A stretch of 64,000 nt of DNA from Nitrospira sp. (GTDB lineage Bacteria > Nitrospirota > Nitrospiria > Nitrospirales > Nitrospiraceae), in assembly GCA_047150005.1 (NCBI GenBank), contig AP038806.1, forward strand, positions 1,760,001 to 1,824,000, read 5' to 3'. Below, piece by piece: positions 18,683-28,346 of this stretch. The stretch's first letter is position 1; each line of letters opens with the position of its first letter. The position numbers were made by a program, and so were the translations under genes. Below the pieces are notes generated by a model. It worked only from the letters and a program-made list of their open reading frames with translations, did no database searches and was not told the DNA's origin.

Positions 18683-19057
18683 TTTGCCGTCGAGCTATGC
18701 CAAGATGAGCCGGTCGCTGTGAGGTGCCTCGTGTTGATCCGGTCGTTGCTCATTCACCTGTTCCTGGTCGCCACGGGCTGCGTCGCTTACCCTGACACCT
18801 CTTCTGAGATTCGGAGCAAAACCGAATCGGGTGAAGGCGAGCCACCGCCTGCGGTCGAACGCACGGAGCCTCCCCAGCGGCCCACCACGACCTGTCCAGC
18901 CGGCATGCGAGGTTCTTGTTAGCGCTGTGGGTGACGAAACAAAAATACGTGCATTAGGGTCGTCTGACCGTAGCGTGAACGGGTCAAACGGTCAATTTAT
19001 TGTCAGTTTTTGTACGTATGCTGGCTCGTTCTCGTTGAGAACGATTGAGGGGCGGTC

Positions 19058-19660
19058 ATGACCATCGGTGATGCGACGAAGACGGAAATGAAGCGTGACT
19101 TGGCTCGAGCCTTTCACGAGACTCAGTCGTTCAAGTGGGATTCAGAGGAGGGATTCGTGCTGGCTTCCGGTGAGAGGAGTCCGTACTACGTCGATTGTCG
19201 TTCGCTCATGGCCTATCCATCGGCACGGCGTCTCGTCGGGATTCTGGCCACTGAAGCCTTGCTCGGAGACGAGATTGACTGCCTCGGCGGACTCGAGATC
19301 GGCGCCATCTCGATCGCGACGACCATTTCGGATTGCGGATATCGGGCCACTCCGCCACGCGACTGGCGTACGTTTGTCGTGCGCAAGCAAGCCAAGGACC
19401 ATGGCTTGGGGAAATTGATCGAAGGGGCCGTGCGACCGGGAGACCGGGCCCTCATTGTCGATGACGTGTTGACCAGCGGAGGCTCTCTGTTGAAGGCGGT
19501 GGCGACGGCCCGACAGACCGGGTTGATCGTACAGCGGGCGCTCGTGATTGTGGATCGGAAGGAGCAGAACGGCCGTGCGCGCGTGGAGCAAGAAGGCGTC
19601 TCGCTCATCGCGCTTCTGACGATCGAGGATCTCACCCGTCAGCAGGCGACGCCGGCCTGA
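19058..19660 (+). CDS. pyrE: orotate phosphoribosyltransferase
   Basis: FVLASGERSPYYVDCR, VRKQAKDHG, IVDDVLTSGGS PRPP-binding motif. Confidence 0.95.
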   Translation: MTIGDATKTEMKRDLARAFHETQSFKWDSEEGFVLASGERSPYYVDCRSLMAYPSARRLVGILATEALLGDEIDCLGGLEIGAISIATTISDCGYRATPPRDWRTFVVRKQAKDHGLGKLIEGAVRPGDRALIVDDVLTSGGSLLKAVATARQTGLIVQRALVIVDRKEQNGRARVEQEGVSLIALLTIEDLTRQQATPA

Positions 19661-19686
19661 GCGGTCGGTGACACCGCTCGCCCGCG

Positions 19687-19998
19687 TTACTTGCATCGAA
19701 ACTCAATACCCCATCGCCGCTCACGCACCATTTCTTGAGACCCCTGGACCGCCCCGGCAATTCGAGCCCGCCCTTTGGCTTCGCCCTCGCGAACGATCGT
19801 ATAAGGACCGCCGCACTTTTCTTTAATCAGCCCCAGCGCCTCTGTCCGAAACGTAGAGAGCATGGCCCCCTGGTCGCCTTTAAATGGGTACACCACGACG
19901 CCGCTGTCTCCGTTATCCTGTACGAGCTTGGCGCCTTCGGCACAACCGGCCAGGCAGATCAGCAGCAACGAAACCCTGAGGCTTGACCCGATCTTCAT
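19687..19998 (-). CDS. small lipoprotein
   Basis: MKIGSSLRVSLLLICLAGC lipobox; AGGAG RBS before ATG 19998. Confidence 0.8.
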   Translation of the reverse strand: MKIGSSLRVSLLLICLAGCAEGAKLVQDNGDSGVVVYPFKGDQGAMLSTFRTEALGLIKEKCGGPYTIVREGEAKGRARIAGAVQGSQEMVRERRWGIEFRCK

Positions 19999-20077
19999 GA
20001 GGCTCCTATCATAATAGTTATTGTCATCGGCTCTGTCGAACGATTCACCACGCTTGCCGTCGTGCAGGAGGCTTATC

Positions 20078-20503
20078 ATGATCACACGACTATTGGTGCT
20101 CTGCGGAGGCGCCCTGTTGTTGTCGGCGCTGACAATCGGCATCGTCTCGGCGCATCATTCGTATCTACTGACCGTGCAGCAGTTGAAAGCCGGATTGAAC
20201 AAAGCTCCTTCGCCCGCCCAGAAAGGATTCATTCTGGTTGATGTCCGCTCGGCCGAAGAACATGCCGGAGGCTACATTCCGAGCACCGACTTCAACATCG
20301 ATTTTCGCGAAATCAAGGCACGTCACCGGGATCTCGGCGCGGACTACGGTGATCATATCGTGGTCTATTGTCAATCGGGCCATCGCAGCAACATTGCGGC
20401 GGAGACGCTGGCCGATCTGGGGTACACGCGGGTGTACAATGTCAACGGCAGCATGAACGCCTGGATGGAAGCGGGCTATCCCGTTGCATCAGCGGGGCGC
20501 TGA
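20078..20503 (+). CDS. exported rhodanese-domain protein
   Basis: LVDVRS.EE...GYIP, VVYCQSGHRS, NVNGSMNAW; signal peptide; AGGAGG RBS. Confidence 0.9.
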   Translation: MITRLLVLCGGALLLSALTIGIVSAHHSYLLTVQQLKAGLNKAPSPAQKGFILVDVRSAEEHAGGYIPSTDFNIDFREIKARHRDLGADYGDHIVVYCQSGHRSNIAAETLADLGYTRVYNVNGSMNAWMEAGYPVASAGR

Positions 20504-21430
20504 CTTCCGCGGTGGGATCTCCCGGGAGGGCGCGGACGGGCGTCTCGGGCTGATGCCGATGACGGCGGGCAATCCGATATGGCCCGCGCTTGTGTCGGCC
20601 AGAAACGACATCCACGCGGCCCCAAGATTGGCGTGAGTCGCCTTGCGGCGCAGCACGGGAGCCAGCGCGACGTCGGAAGACGATCCTCCATCCATCGCCA
20701 TGGCCCTCCGGATCGCCGGAAACGCCTCGTGTAGACATTGACCGATGTCGAACAACGTCGAAGGTTGAGTCGTCTTGACCACCAGCACCTGCCCGCCGGT
20801 TTCTTCCGCCAGGATCGTTTGATGTGCTTGTTTTCCTGACCGTCGCACGCGAATCGTCCCATTCTCATCCAGCAGCATGAGTGATTGCGCCGCTTCTCGA
20901 TAGGGAACTTGCCGGACGTCAAAGGATTCGACAGAAAGATCCAGAATCCTGACGGGAGGAGCGCCGGCCTCGGTCGGCTCCGCGACGAACAGCCCAAACC
21001 ACGTCCCGTGTTGTTTGCCGCCGAGCGAGAGTCCGTTGCCGAACAACAGCCCAAGATAGGCGAAGTTTTCACGAAAAAGGCCGGCGTTGAATACAAGATC
21101 GTGACCCATCCTCGCCTGCCATTCATGGATGTCGGGCGGTTGAGCCAGCCGCTCGTTTCGATAGTAATGCACCGCGAACCGATAGCGATCGGGGTCGATC
21201 CCGATCATGAGCAACGGCGGGACATCCGGACAGGGAGTCGACCAGAGCGTCACGCGCAATCCGTCGGTGAGATGGTCCCAGGTGGGAGGTTGGGCCCATG
21301 CCGTGGTCAGGCTACAGGTCAGCGTCGTTAGGGATGCGAGCCAGAGCAAATAGAGACAACGGCAAGCCCGGGTGAACCCGGTGGGACGGGATGAAGCGTA
21401 CCGGAATATCATCGCCGGATAAGTGGGCAT
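20489..21430 (-). CDS. phosphodiester glycosidase (NAGPA-like) family protein
   Basis: FNAGLF and AMAMDGGSSS motifs; signal-peptide-like N-terminus. Confidence 0.75.
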   Translation of the reverse strand: MPTYPAMIFRYASSRPTGFTRACRCLYLLWLASLTTLTCSLTTAWAQPPTWDHLTDGLRVTLWSTPCPDVPPLLMIGIDPDRYRFAVHYYRNERLAQPPDIHEWQARMGHDLVFNAGLFRENFAYLGLLFGNGLSLGGKQHGTWFGLFVAEPTEAGAPPVRILDLSVESFDVRQVPYREAAQSLMLLDENGTIRVRRSGKQAHQTILAEETGGQVLVVKTTQPSTLFDIGQCLHEAFPAIRRAMAMDGGSSSDVALAPVLRRKATHANLGAAWMSFLADTSAGHIGLPAVIGISPRRPSAPSREIPPRKSAPR

Positions 21431-21447
21431 GAAACCATTGCAAACCG

Positions 21448-23061
21448 TTACCGCCTTCGTCCGGACGAACGCCCGGACACGGCCTTTGACCGTGGGACGG
21501 TCGTGTCGAGAAGTTGGCGTACCGTCTGAGCCAAGACCTCTGGCGTGAACGGCTTCTGTAGGAATGCCGTGGTTCCATCCTCTTGGCCGGACAAAATCCC
21601 GATGTCGTCCGTGTAACCCGACATGAACACAATACGCAGATCCGGCTTGATGACCAATAGGTGGTTTGCCAGTTCCCGGCCACCCATGCTGGGCATGACC
21701 ATATCGGTCAGCAGCAGGTGCAAGGATCCGACATGCTGGCTGGCGAGTAAACAGGCCTCGATGCCGTTTTTTGACTCGATCACATGGTAGCCCAGCTTTC
21801 TGAGTTCGTCGCGAACCAGCATCCGAACGCTCTCATCGTCTTCGACCAGGAGGATTGTTTCGGTACCTCGGCGGGGCGGGCCATGTTCCTCCTGTGCCGG
21901 CGAGAGGATTTCCCCCTGGGTATTGGGAAAATAGATGTCGAATCTCGTGCCGCAGCCGAGGCGGCTGCTGACATCGATCGCACCGCCGCATTGCGTGACG
22001 ATCCCGAAGACGGTCGACAGGCCCAGACCGCTGCCCTTGTCCTCCTCTTTCGTCGTATAAAAGGGTTCGAAGAGATGTGACCGTGTCTGGCGATCCATGC
22101 CGCATCCTGTGTCGCTTACCGACAGTCTGACGTACGGCCCGGGAGTCAGCGGCCTTACGTGATACGGCGGACTCGTCGTGATGTCCACGAGGGCGGACTC
22201 GATCGTCAGAATCCCACCGTTGGCCATCGCGTCCCTTGCGTTGACGACCAAGTTCATCACCACTTGTTCCAACTGGGCTTGATCGGCCCGTACATGGCTG
22301 TTGGAAGGATCAAGTGCGAGAGCTAAACGAATGTCGGCGCCGATCAGCCGTCGCAGCATGCCTTCGAGGTTCGTGATGACGCCGTTCATGACGAGAAACT
22401 TCGGTTCAAGGGGTTGCTTTCGGCTGAATGTCAGGAGCTGGCGGATCAGCAGGGCGGCCCGTTCGCAGGCCTTGAGGGTTTCATCGATCTTGCCGTGCAG
22501 CGGATGGTCCGATCCCAGATCAGTCGACAGGACGTGACCGTATCCCATGATGACGGTCAGCAGATTATTGAAGTCATGGGCGATGCCTCCCGCGAGGCGG
22601 CCGACAGCTTCCATCTTTTGCGCCTGCCGAAACTGTTTCTCGCTCTGTCTGAGGGCCTCTTCGGCCCGTTGCCGCTCCCGGCGTTCGTCGCGCTCCCTTA
22701 GCGCCCGTTGAACGGACGGTACCAGCCTCCCCAGGCGCTGCTTCAACACGTAGTCCGTCGCCCCCTGATGCATCGCGTCGATCGCGAGTTCTTCACCGAT
22801 CAAGGCGGAGACGAACAGGAAAGGAACCTCCGGAGCATATTGGCGGGCCAGCGCCAGGGCGCTCATGCCGTCAAATCCCGGCAGAGAGTAATCCGCCAGG
22901 ATCAGGTCCGTGGCTCCCGTCTTGAGCGCGGCCAGGAAGGTGGGGCGGGTATCCACTCGATGAGCGGCGCACATCAGTCCTGCTTCGGTCAACGTCGCGA
23001 TGACCAACTCGGCGTCGACCGGATTATCTTCAAGATGCAGCAGACGGAGCGGCTGGTTCAC
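21448..23061 (-). CDS. hybrid REC-HisKA-HATPase-REC kinase
   Basis: [45 protein letters not shown]; receiver domains at both ends. Confidence 0.95.
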   Translation of the reverse strand: MNQPLRLLHLEDNPVDAELVIATLTEAGLMCAAHRVDTRPTFLAALKTGATDLILADYSLPGFDGMSALALARQYAPEVPFLFVSALIGEELAIDAMHQGATDYVLKQRLGRLVPSVQRALRERDERRERQRAEEALRQSEKQFRQAQKMEAVGRLAGGIAHDFNNLLTVIMGYGHVLSTDLGSDHPLHGKIDETLKACERAALLIRQLLTFSRKQPLEPKFLVMNGVITNLEGMLRRLIGADIRLALALDPSNSHVRADQAQLEQVVMNLVVNARDAMANGGILTIESALVDITTSPPYHVRPLTPGPYVRLSVSDTGCGMDRQTRSHLFEPFYTTKEEDKGSGLGLSTVFGIVTQCGGAIDVSSRLGCGTRFDIYFPNTQGEILSPAQEEHGPPRRGTETILLVEDDESVRMLVRDELRKLGYHVIESKNGIEACLLASQHVGSLHLLLTDMVMPSMGGRELANHLLVIKPDLRIVFMSGYTDDIGILSGQEDGTTAFLQKPFTPEVLAQTVRQLLDTTVPRSKAVSGRSSGRRR

Positions 23062-23079
23062 TTGTCCTTTACGGAGAGG

Positions 23080-23535
23080 TTAGGAGCGAGACTCAATGCC
23101 GGGTGGCGGGGGCTCGTTGATGACCCCCCAGAAGACTCCCAGCTCTTTGACGGCCGTGATGAATTGATGAAACTCAACCGGCTTGACCACGTAGGCGTTG
23201 GCCCCCAGGGCATAGCTCTCGGCGAGGTCGCGTTCCTCTCTCGACGAGGTCAGCATCACAACCGGAATCGGTTTGAGATCCGCGTCGTTCTTGATGGTCC
23301 GCAACACTTCCAGCCCATCGATCTTCGGCATCTTAAGATCCAGGAAGACGACGGCCGGGTTTCCCTGCTGGCGCCCCCGATAGGAGCCGCGACAATACAA
23401 GTAGTCGAGCACCTCGGCTCCATCGTGGCAGACGACCACCTTATCGGCGATGTGGTGCTCTTCCATGGCGGCGAGTGCCAGCTCCGCGTCCCTCGGATTG
23501 TCTTCAGCGAGCAGGATGGGTTTCACGGTGGTCAT
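23080..23535 (-). CDS. single-domain response regulator (Rcp1-like)
   Basis: LAEDN, LDLKMPK, MLTSS, GANAYVVKP. Confidence 0.95.
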   Translation of the reverse strand: MTTVKPILLAEDNPRDAELALAAMEEHHIADKVVVCHDGAEVLDYLYCRGSYRGRQQGNPAVVFLDLKMPKIDGLEVLRTIKNDADLKPIPVVMLTSSREERDLAESYALGANAYVVKPVEFHQFITAVKELGVFWGVINEPPPPGIESRS

Positions 23536-25025
23536 CAGGCAGACCTCTTGATCGGGAGAGAGAAATGAAAGGTGGCTCCCTGATCAAGGGCGCCGTCCGC
23601 CCAGGTCCGGCCGCCGTGCCGATGAATGATCCGTCTCACATTGGCCAATCCGATGCCGGTTCCTTCAAATTCGTCGTTTCGATGCAGCCGCTGAAACACA
23701 CCGAAGAGCTTGTTGACGTATTGCATGTCGAATCCGACCCCGTTGTCGCGCACGAACAACTCGACCTCGCCCGGCGCGCCGTCCCGGGCGCCGATTTCAA
23801 TCTTCGGCTCGTTCCTCGTCGCCGTAAACTTGACGGCGTTGGAAACGAGATTCATGTACACCTGTCTCAACATGGCCGGATCGGCGGATACCTCGGGCAA
23901 CGGGCCAATTGTCCAGGAGATGGGCTTGGCTTGCAAGTCAAGCCGCAAATCATGAATGACGGTCTTCACCAGCTGATTGAGATCGACCGTGGCGTGCAGC
24001 ATTTCCTGACGGCCCATGCGGGAGAACACGAGAAGGTCGTCGATGAGCTGACCCATCTGCTTGGCGGACTCTGAAATCGTCTGGAGATAGCGCTGCGCCT
24101 TGTCGGTCAGCGTCGCGCCCGCCGTCTTGGCCAGGAGCGATGCATAGCCGTCGATGTGACGAAGCGGGGCACGGAGATCGTGGGACACGGAATAGCTGAA
24201 GGCCTCCAGTTCCTTGTTGGCGGCTTGGAGAAGCTCCCCGCGGCGCTTGAGCTCGGCTGCGATGCGGCGGCGCGCCGTCACGTCGTAATGAATCAGGTAG
24301 TAGACGGAGGCGAGGAGTACCAATTGCAGCAGCGCGCCGAGGACCAGCAGGGCGATGGTATTGCGGGTGCTCGCCGTCGATTGGACGACTCGGGCTTGGG
24401 TCAGGCGTTGTTCATCGGATTCAAGCTCGGCAATCACGGCGTGAATCTCGGAGAGTTCGTGCTTCGCGACGCCGGAAAGGGCGAGATGCCGGACGCCCTC
24501 CGCGCCGCGGCGCTCGCGCTCGGCGATTGCCGCGACTTCGGTTTGGATTTGCCGATTGATCAACTCCTCCAGTCGCACTACGCGAGGCGCATGTTCTGGC
24601 GTATCGGCGGTGAGTAATTCGAGATAGCGGAAATATTCCGGAGCCTGCTCCAGGACGGCGCGGTGCGCTTTCAGATAGGAATCGTCGCCCGTCACCAGAA
24701 AGCGACGGTGGCCGTTCTCCGCGGCATCGAGGGTTTGGCCGATGGAGGCCAGCAGTTGGATGAGCTCGTGACTTGCGGTGTCGAGCTGGCTGTTACGGAC
24801 GACAACGGAGGTATTGCGATAGGAAATGGCACTAATGACGACGATACCGGCAAACACGAGGCCGAAGCCGGCCAGCACCCGTTGTTCGATCGACCACCGG
24901 GTTGCCCAAGCCGGCAGTCTCAGGCGGGGTGGCGTGCGAACCTTTGGCGAGGTCGATAGGGCGTCTGACGGATCAGGCGAAACGACCGGTAAGGAGGTTG
25001 GGCGGTCCTGAGTGGCTGATTCCAT
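23535..25025 (-). CDS. CHASE3 sensor histidine kinase
   Basis: Two TM helices around AENGHRRFLVTGDDSYL (CHASE3); FSYSVSHDLRAPLR, NAVKF, FQRLH, GTGIGL. Confidence 0.93.
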   Translation of the reverse strand: MESATQDRPTSLPVVSPDPSDALSTSPKVRTPPRLRLPAWATRWSIEQRVLAGFGLVFAGIVVISAISYRNTSVVVRNSQLDTASHELIQLLASIGQTLDAAENGHRRFLVTGDDSYLKAHRAVLEQAPEYFRYLELLTADTPEHAPRVVRLEELINRQIQTEVAAIAERERRGAEGVRHLALSGVAKHELSEIHAVIAELESDEQRLTQARVVQSTASTRNTIALLVLGALLQLVLLASVYYLIHYDVTARRRIAAELKRRGELLQAANKELEAFSYSVSHDLRAPLRHIDGYASLLAKTAGATLTDKAQRYLQTISESAKQMGQLIDDLLVFSRMGRQEMLHATVDLNQLVKTVIHDLRLDLQAKPISWTIGPLPEVSADPAMLRQVYMNLVSNAVKFTATRNEPKIEIGARDGAPGEVELFVRDNGVGFDMQYVNKLFGVFQRLHRNDEFEGTGIGLANVRRIIHRHGGRTWADGALDQGATFHFSLPIKRSA

Positions 25026-25154
25026 GGCTGAGCGAAGCCGGTCAGCGGGACGGGCACGGGGCGCCAGCTTACGGAACTCTACTCTGGGGCTGACCGTGCT
25101 GCAAGCAATATTTCAGTCGAGAAACGGAATGGGGTCAAGGACACGGATGAGGCG

Positions 25155-26657
25155 TCAGCCACCCGAAGGGATGACCAGGGGAGGTGCGGGGAGCGAGGCA
25201 GCGGGGCCGGCCAGGTCGCTGAACATCATCGTCGCCGAGACCACCCAATCGATGGCGGGCTGCGGATACACGCCGATAATCAGGGTGCCGGCCAGCCCGA
25301 TGTACACGACGGCCCTCATCGGACCTGACACCGTCAGCGGTGAAGGATCGTGGGGCTCGACGATGTACATCTTCTTGACGACGATCAAATAGTAATACAG
25401 CGAAATGACGATGTTGATCAGCCCCACGGTGATCAAGGTGTACAGACCTTCTTTGATGGCTGCGACGAAAATATAGAGCTTGCCGATAAACCCCGCCAAC
25501 GGCGGCACACCGGCTAGAGACAGCAGGAAGATCAGCATCGAGAAGGCCAGAAACGGCGAGCGCCGGCCCAGGCCGCTGTAGTCGTCGATTTCTTCACTGC
25601 CGATGGCCTGGCTGACCACAATGACGATGGCAAAGGCGCCAAGATTCGCAAAGAGATAGGTCAAGAGGTAGAACAGGATCGCGTCGTTCCCCATTTTCGT
25701 CCCGGCCGCCAGGCCGATCAACACGTTGCCGATCTGGGCGATGCCGGAGTAGGCCAGAAGCCGCTTGATGTTCCGTTGGGCGATGGCCACGATATTGCCG
25801 TACGTCATGGAGAGGACGGAGGCCGCCACAAGGATCAACACCCAGGTCGGTTTGAACGTGGCGAGCGCGACGAAGAACATGCGGAGCAGGATGGCGAAGG
25901 CCGCCCCTTTGGGGGCGATCGACAGGAACGCCGTGACCGGTGTCGGCGAGCCGTGGTAAGTATCGGGAATCCAGGAATGAAACGGCACCGCCCCGATCTT
26001 GAATCCCAAGGCCCCGAAAATGAGCAGGAACCCGATGATGAGCCCCGGTGTGGCTTGGGAAGACTTCATATCGGAGAAGACCAGTTTACCGGTTTCACCA
26101 TAGACGAGGCTGATCCCGTAAGCCAACAGCCCGGCGGCAAAGACTCCCAGGATGAAGAACTTCAGTCCGGCTTCGTTGGAGGCCACATCCTCGCGCAGGT
26201 AGGAGACCAGCACGTAGAACCCGAAGGTCGAGAATTCCAACGTCACGAAGACTGAGAGCAAGTCGTTGGCCGAAGCCATGAACATCATGCCCAGTGCCGA
26301 CATCGCGACGAGGAAGTAGTATTCGCCGCGGAAAAACGTGAACCGGTGTACGAACTCGATCGAGGCGAGAATCACCAGGATCGTCGCGGCCACGATGAAG
26401 ACCTTGAAGAACAAGGCCATGCGGTCGACCACAAACATGTTCGAGAAGAGGGTGCCGGTGATCCCGAACACGTCGAAACAGACCAAGCAGGCCAGCGTGC
26501 CCCCGAGCCCGACGATGCTCAGATAGGCCAGGTGCTCTTTCGGCAGACGGGGAAACGAGAAATCCACGATGAGCAGCACACAGAGCCAGCAGGTCAGGAT
26601 GATCTCGGGCAGCAGAAGAAGCAGATCCGCCGGCGACATGTTCAAGGAGAAGGTCAT
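25155..26657 (-). CDS. nuoN: NADH-quinone oxidoreductase subunit N
   Basis: EAGLKFF, FKIGAVPFHSWIPD, KRLLAYS, SLAGVPPLAGFIGK. Confidence 0.96.
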   Translation of the reverse strand: MTFSLNMSPADLLLLLPEIILTCWLCVLLIVDFSFPRLPKEHLAYLSIVGLGGTLACLVCFDVFGITGTLFSNMFVVDRMALFFKVFIVAATILVILASIEFVHRFTFFRGEYYFLVAMSALGMMFMASANDLLSVFVTLEFSTFGFYVLVSYLREDVASNEAGLKFFILGVFAAGLLAYGISLVYGETGKLVFSDMKSSQATPGLIIGFLLIFGALGFKIGAVPFHSWIPDTYHGSPTPVTAFLSIAPKGAAFAILLRMFFVALATFKPTWVLILVAASVLSMTYGNIVAIAQRNIKRLLAYSGIAQIGNVLIGLAAGTKMGNDAILFYLLTYLFANLGAFAIVIVVSQAIGSEEIDDYSGLGRRSPFLAFSMLIFLLSLAGVPPLAGFIGKLYIFVAAIKEGLYTLITVGLINIVISLYYYLIVVKKMYIVEPHDPSPLTVSGPMRAVVYIGLAGTLIIGVYPQPAIDWVVSATMMFSDLAGPAASLPAPPLVIPSGG

Positions 26658-28342
26658 GGTGCGACCTCCGAGGTTCGGCGGGCCAGATGAGGGAGCGCCG
26701 CGGTGGCGGCATCACCGATCGAGGGAGCGGACAGGGGCACGGCATCAGGAGGTGCCGATGCCACCGGAACGACGCGCGTGACTCTGGCGACGAGCGGATC
26801 GACCCCCGACCGCACGACGTTGTACAGATGCATCGGGAAGAGTCCGAATCCCACGCTGACGGCGATCATGATCAACAGGGGCAAGCGGTCCACCATCGCG
26901 ATGGCATCCTGCGAGTGGCTGTACTTCTGGTCCATCGGGCCGTAGAAGAGCCCCCGCATCATCTTGAAAAGATACGCGAGCGTCAGAACGATGCCGACGA
27001 CGGCGATGATGACTTGCAGGGGATATTTGTTCCAGCTTCCCACGATGATCATGACCTCGGCGATGAAGTTCACGGTGCCGGGCATGCCGATGGAGGCCAT
27101 GCAGCCGACGACGAAACAGCCGGCGATGAACGGCATGCGGTTTGACAAACCGCCGAGGGAGGGAATGTCGCGCGTATGGGTTTGATCGTAGACCCAGCCT
27201 GCCATGGCGAAGAGCATGCCGGTGGCCATGGCGTGGGCGAACATGTAGATCACCGCCCCACTGAGGCTGATGTAATCCAATGCGGCCATGCCCAGGAACA
27301 CATATCCCATATGGCTGGAGCTGGAATAGCCGATGACATATTTCGTGTCCTTGGCATAAAAAGCCACGAAGCCGCCGTAAATGATGCTGAAGACACACAG
27401 AACCGCGGCAATCGGCATGAGTTCGCGGGTCGTCTCAGGCAGAATTTCGAATGCCACTCGAATGATCGAGAAGTGTCCGAGTTTCATCAGGACGCCGGCG
27501 TGAAGCATGCTGGTGGCGGCCGGTGCGGCCGCATGGCCGACCGGAGACCAGGAGTGCAACGGCCAAAGCGGGGCGATTGAAGCAAATCCGAAGAAGATCA
27601 AAATCCAAATGATCTTGTCCAGTGTCGTTCCGAGAACCGGGATGTTCAGAAGCTTGGCTTGTTCGCGCAGCACCAGGATGTCGAAGGTGTTCAGTCCTGC
27701 GTACTTGTAGATCAAGAGAATACCCATCAAGGCGACGACTGCGAACGCCGAGAGGAACAGCACCAGTTTCATGGCTGCGTATTCCTTGCTGTTCGCGCCG
27801 AAGTTGAAAATGAACCCCACAGAATCCCGGAGCTTCAGACCGTCGGCATCCGTCATCTCGAGATATTTCTTGGTGTGGCTTCCCCACATGCCGAGCAGCA
27901 GGTACATGGGGATCACGGACATTTCGTAGAAGAAATACAAAAAGAAGAGATCCAGGGACATGAAGACGCCGATGGTGGCAGCGGCGAGGATCAGCAGCCA
28001 GATGTAGAACTCTTTCGTCCGATCCTTGATGTGCCAGGACACGAAGATGCCGGCGAACAGCAGGATGGACGAGGCAAGTACCAGAGGAGTGCCGATCCCG
28101 TCCACGCCGAGGTGCAAGGAGATGCCAAGCTGCCGGGACCATTCGAACTTTTGAACGAATTGGAAGCCTCCCGCGATGGGATCGTAGGCATAGAAGACAT
28201 ACAAGGACACCAGGAGCGACACAAAGGCCGAGAAGGCTGCAATGCCCCGCACGAGCAAGGCCTGGCGGTTGGAGACGAAGATCAATGCAATGGCACCGGC
28301 AAAAGGCGCGAACAGAATGTACAGCAGCGCGTAGTCGCTCAT
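26654..28342 (-). CDS. nuoM: NADH-quinone oxidoreductase subunit M (second copy)
   Basis: LGVDG, FFYE, PLHSW, SIGMPG..NFIAE; ATG 28342 (MSDYALL). Confidence 0.92.
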   Translation of the reverse strand: MSDYALLYILFAPFAGAIALIFVSNRQALLVRGIAAFSAFVSLLVSLYVFYAYDPIAGGFQFVQKFEWSRQLGISLHLGVDGIGTPLVLASSILLFAGIFVSWHIKDRTKEFYIWLLILAAATIGVFMSLDLFFLYFFYEMSVIPMYLLLGMWGSHTKKYLEMTDADGLKLRDSVGFIFNFGANSKEYAAMKLVLFLSAFAVVALMGILLIYKYAGLNTFDILVLREQAKLLNIPVLGTTLDKIIWILIFFGFASIAPLWPLHSWSPVGHAAAPAATSMLHAGVLMKLGHFSIIRVAFEILPETTRELMPIAAVLCVFSIIYGGFVAFYAKDTKYVIGYSSSSHMGYVFLGMAALDYISLSGAVIYMFAHAMATGMLFAMAGWVYDQTHTRDIPSLGGLSNRMPFIAGCFVVGCMASIGMPGTVNFIAEVMIIVGSWNKYPLQVIIAVVGIVLTLAYLFKMMRGLFYGPMDQKYSHSQDAIAMVDRLPLLIMIAVSVGFGLFPMHLYNVVRSGVDPLVARVTRVVPVASAPPDAVPLSAPSIGDAATAALPHLARRTSEVAP

Positions 28343-28346
28343 GGTG

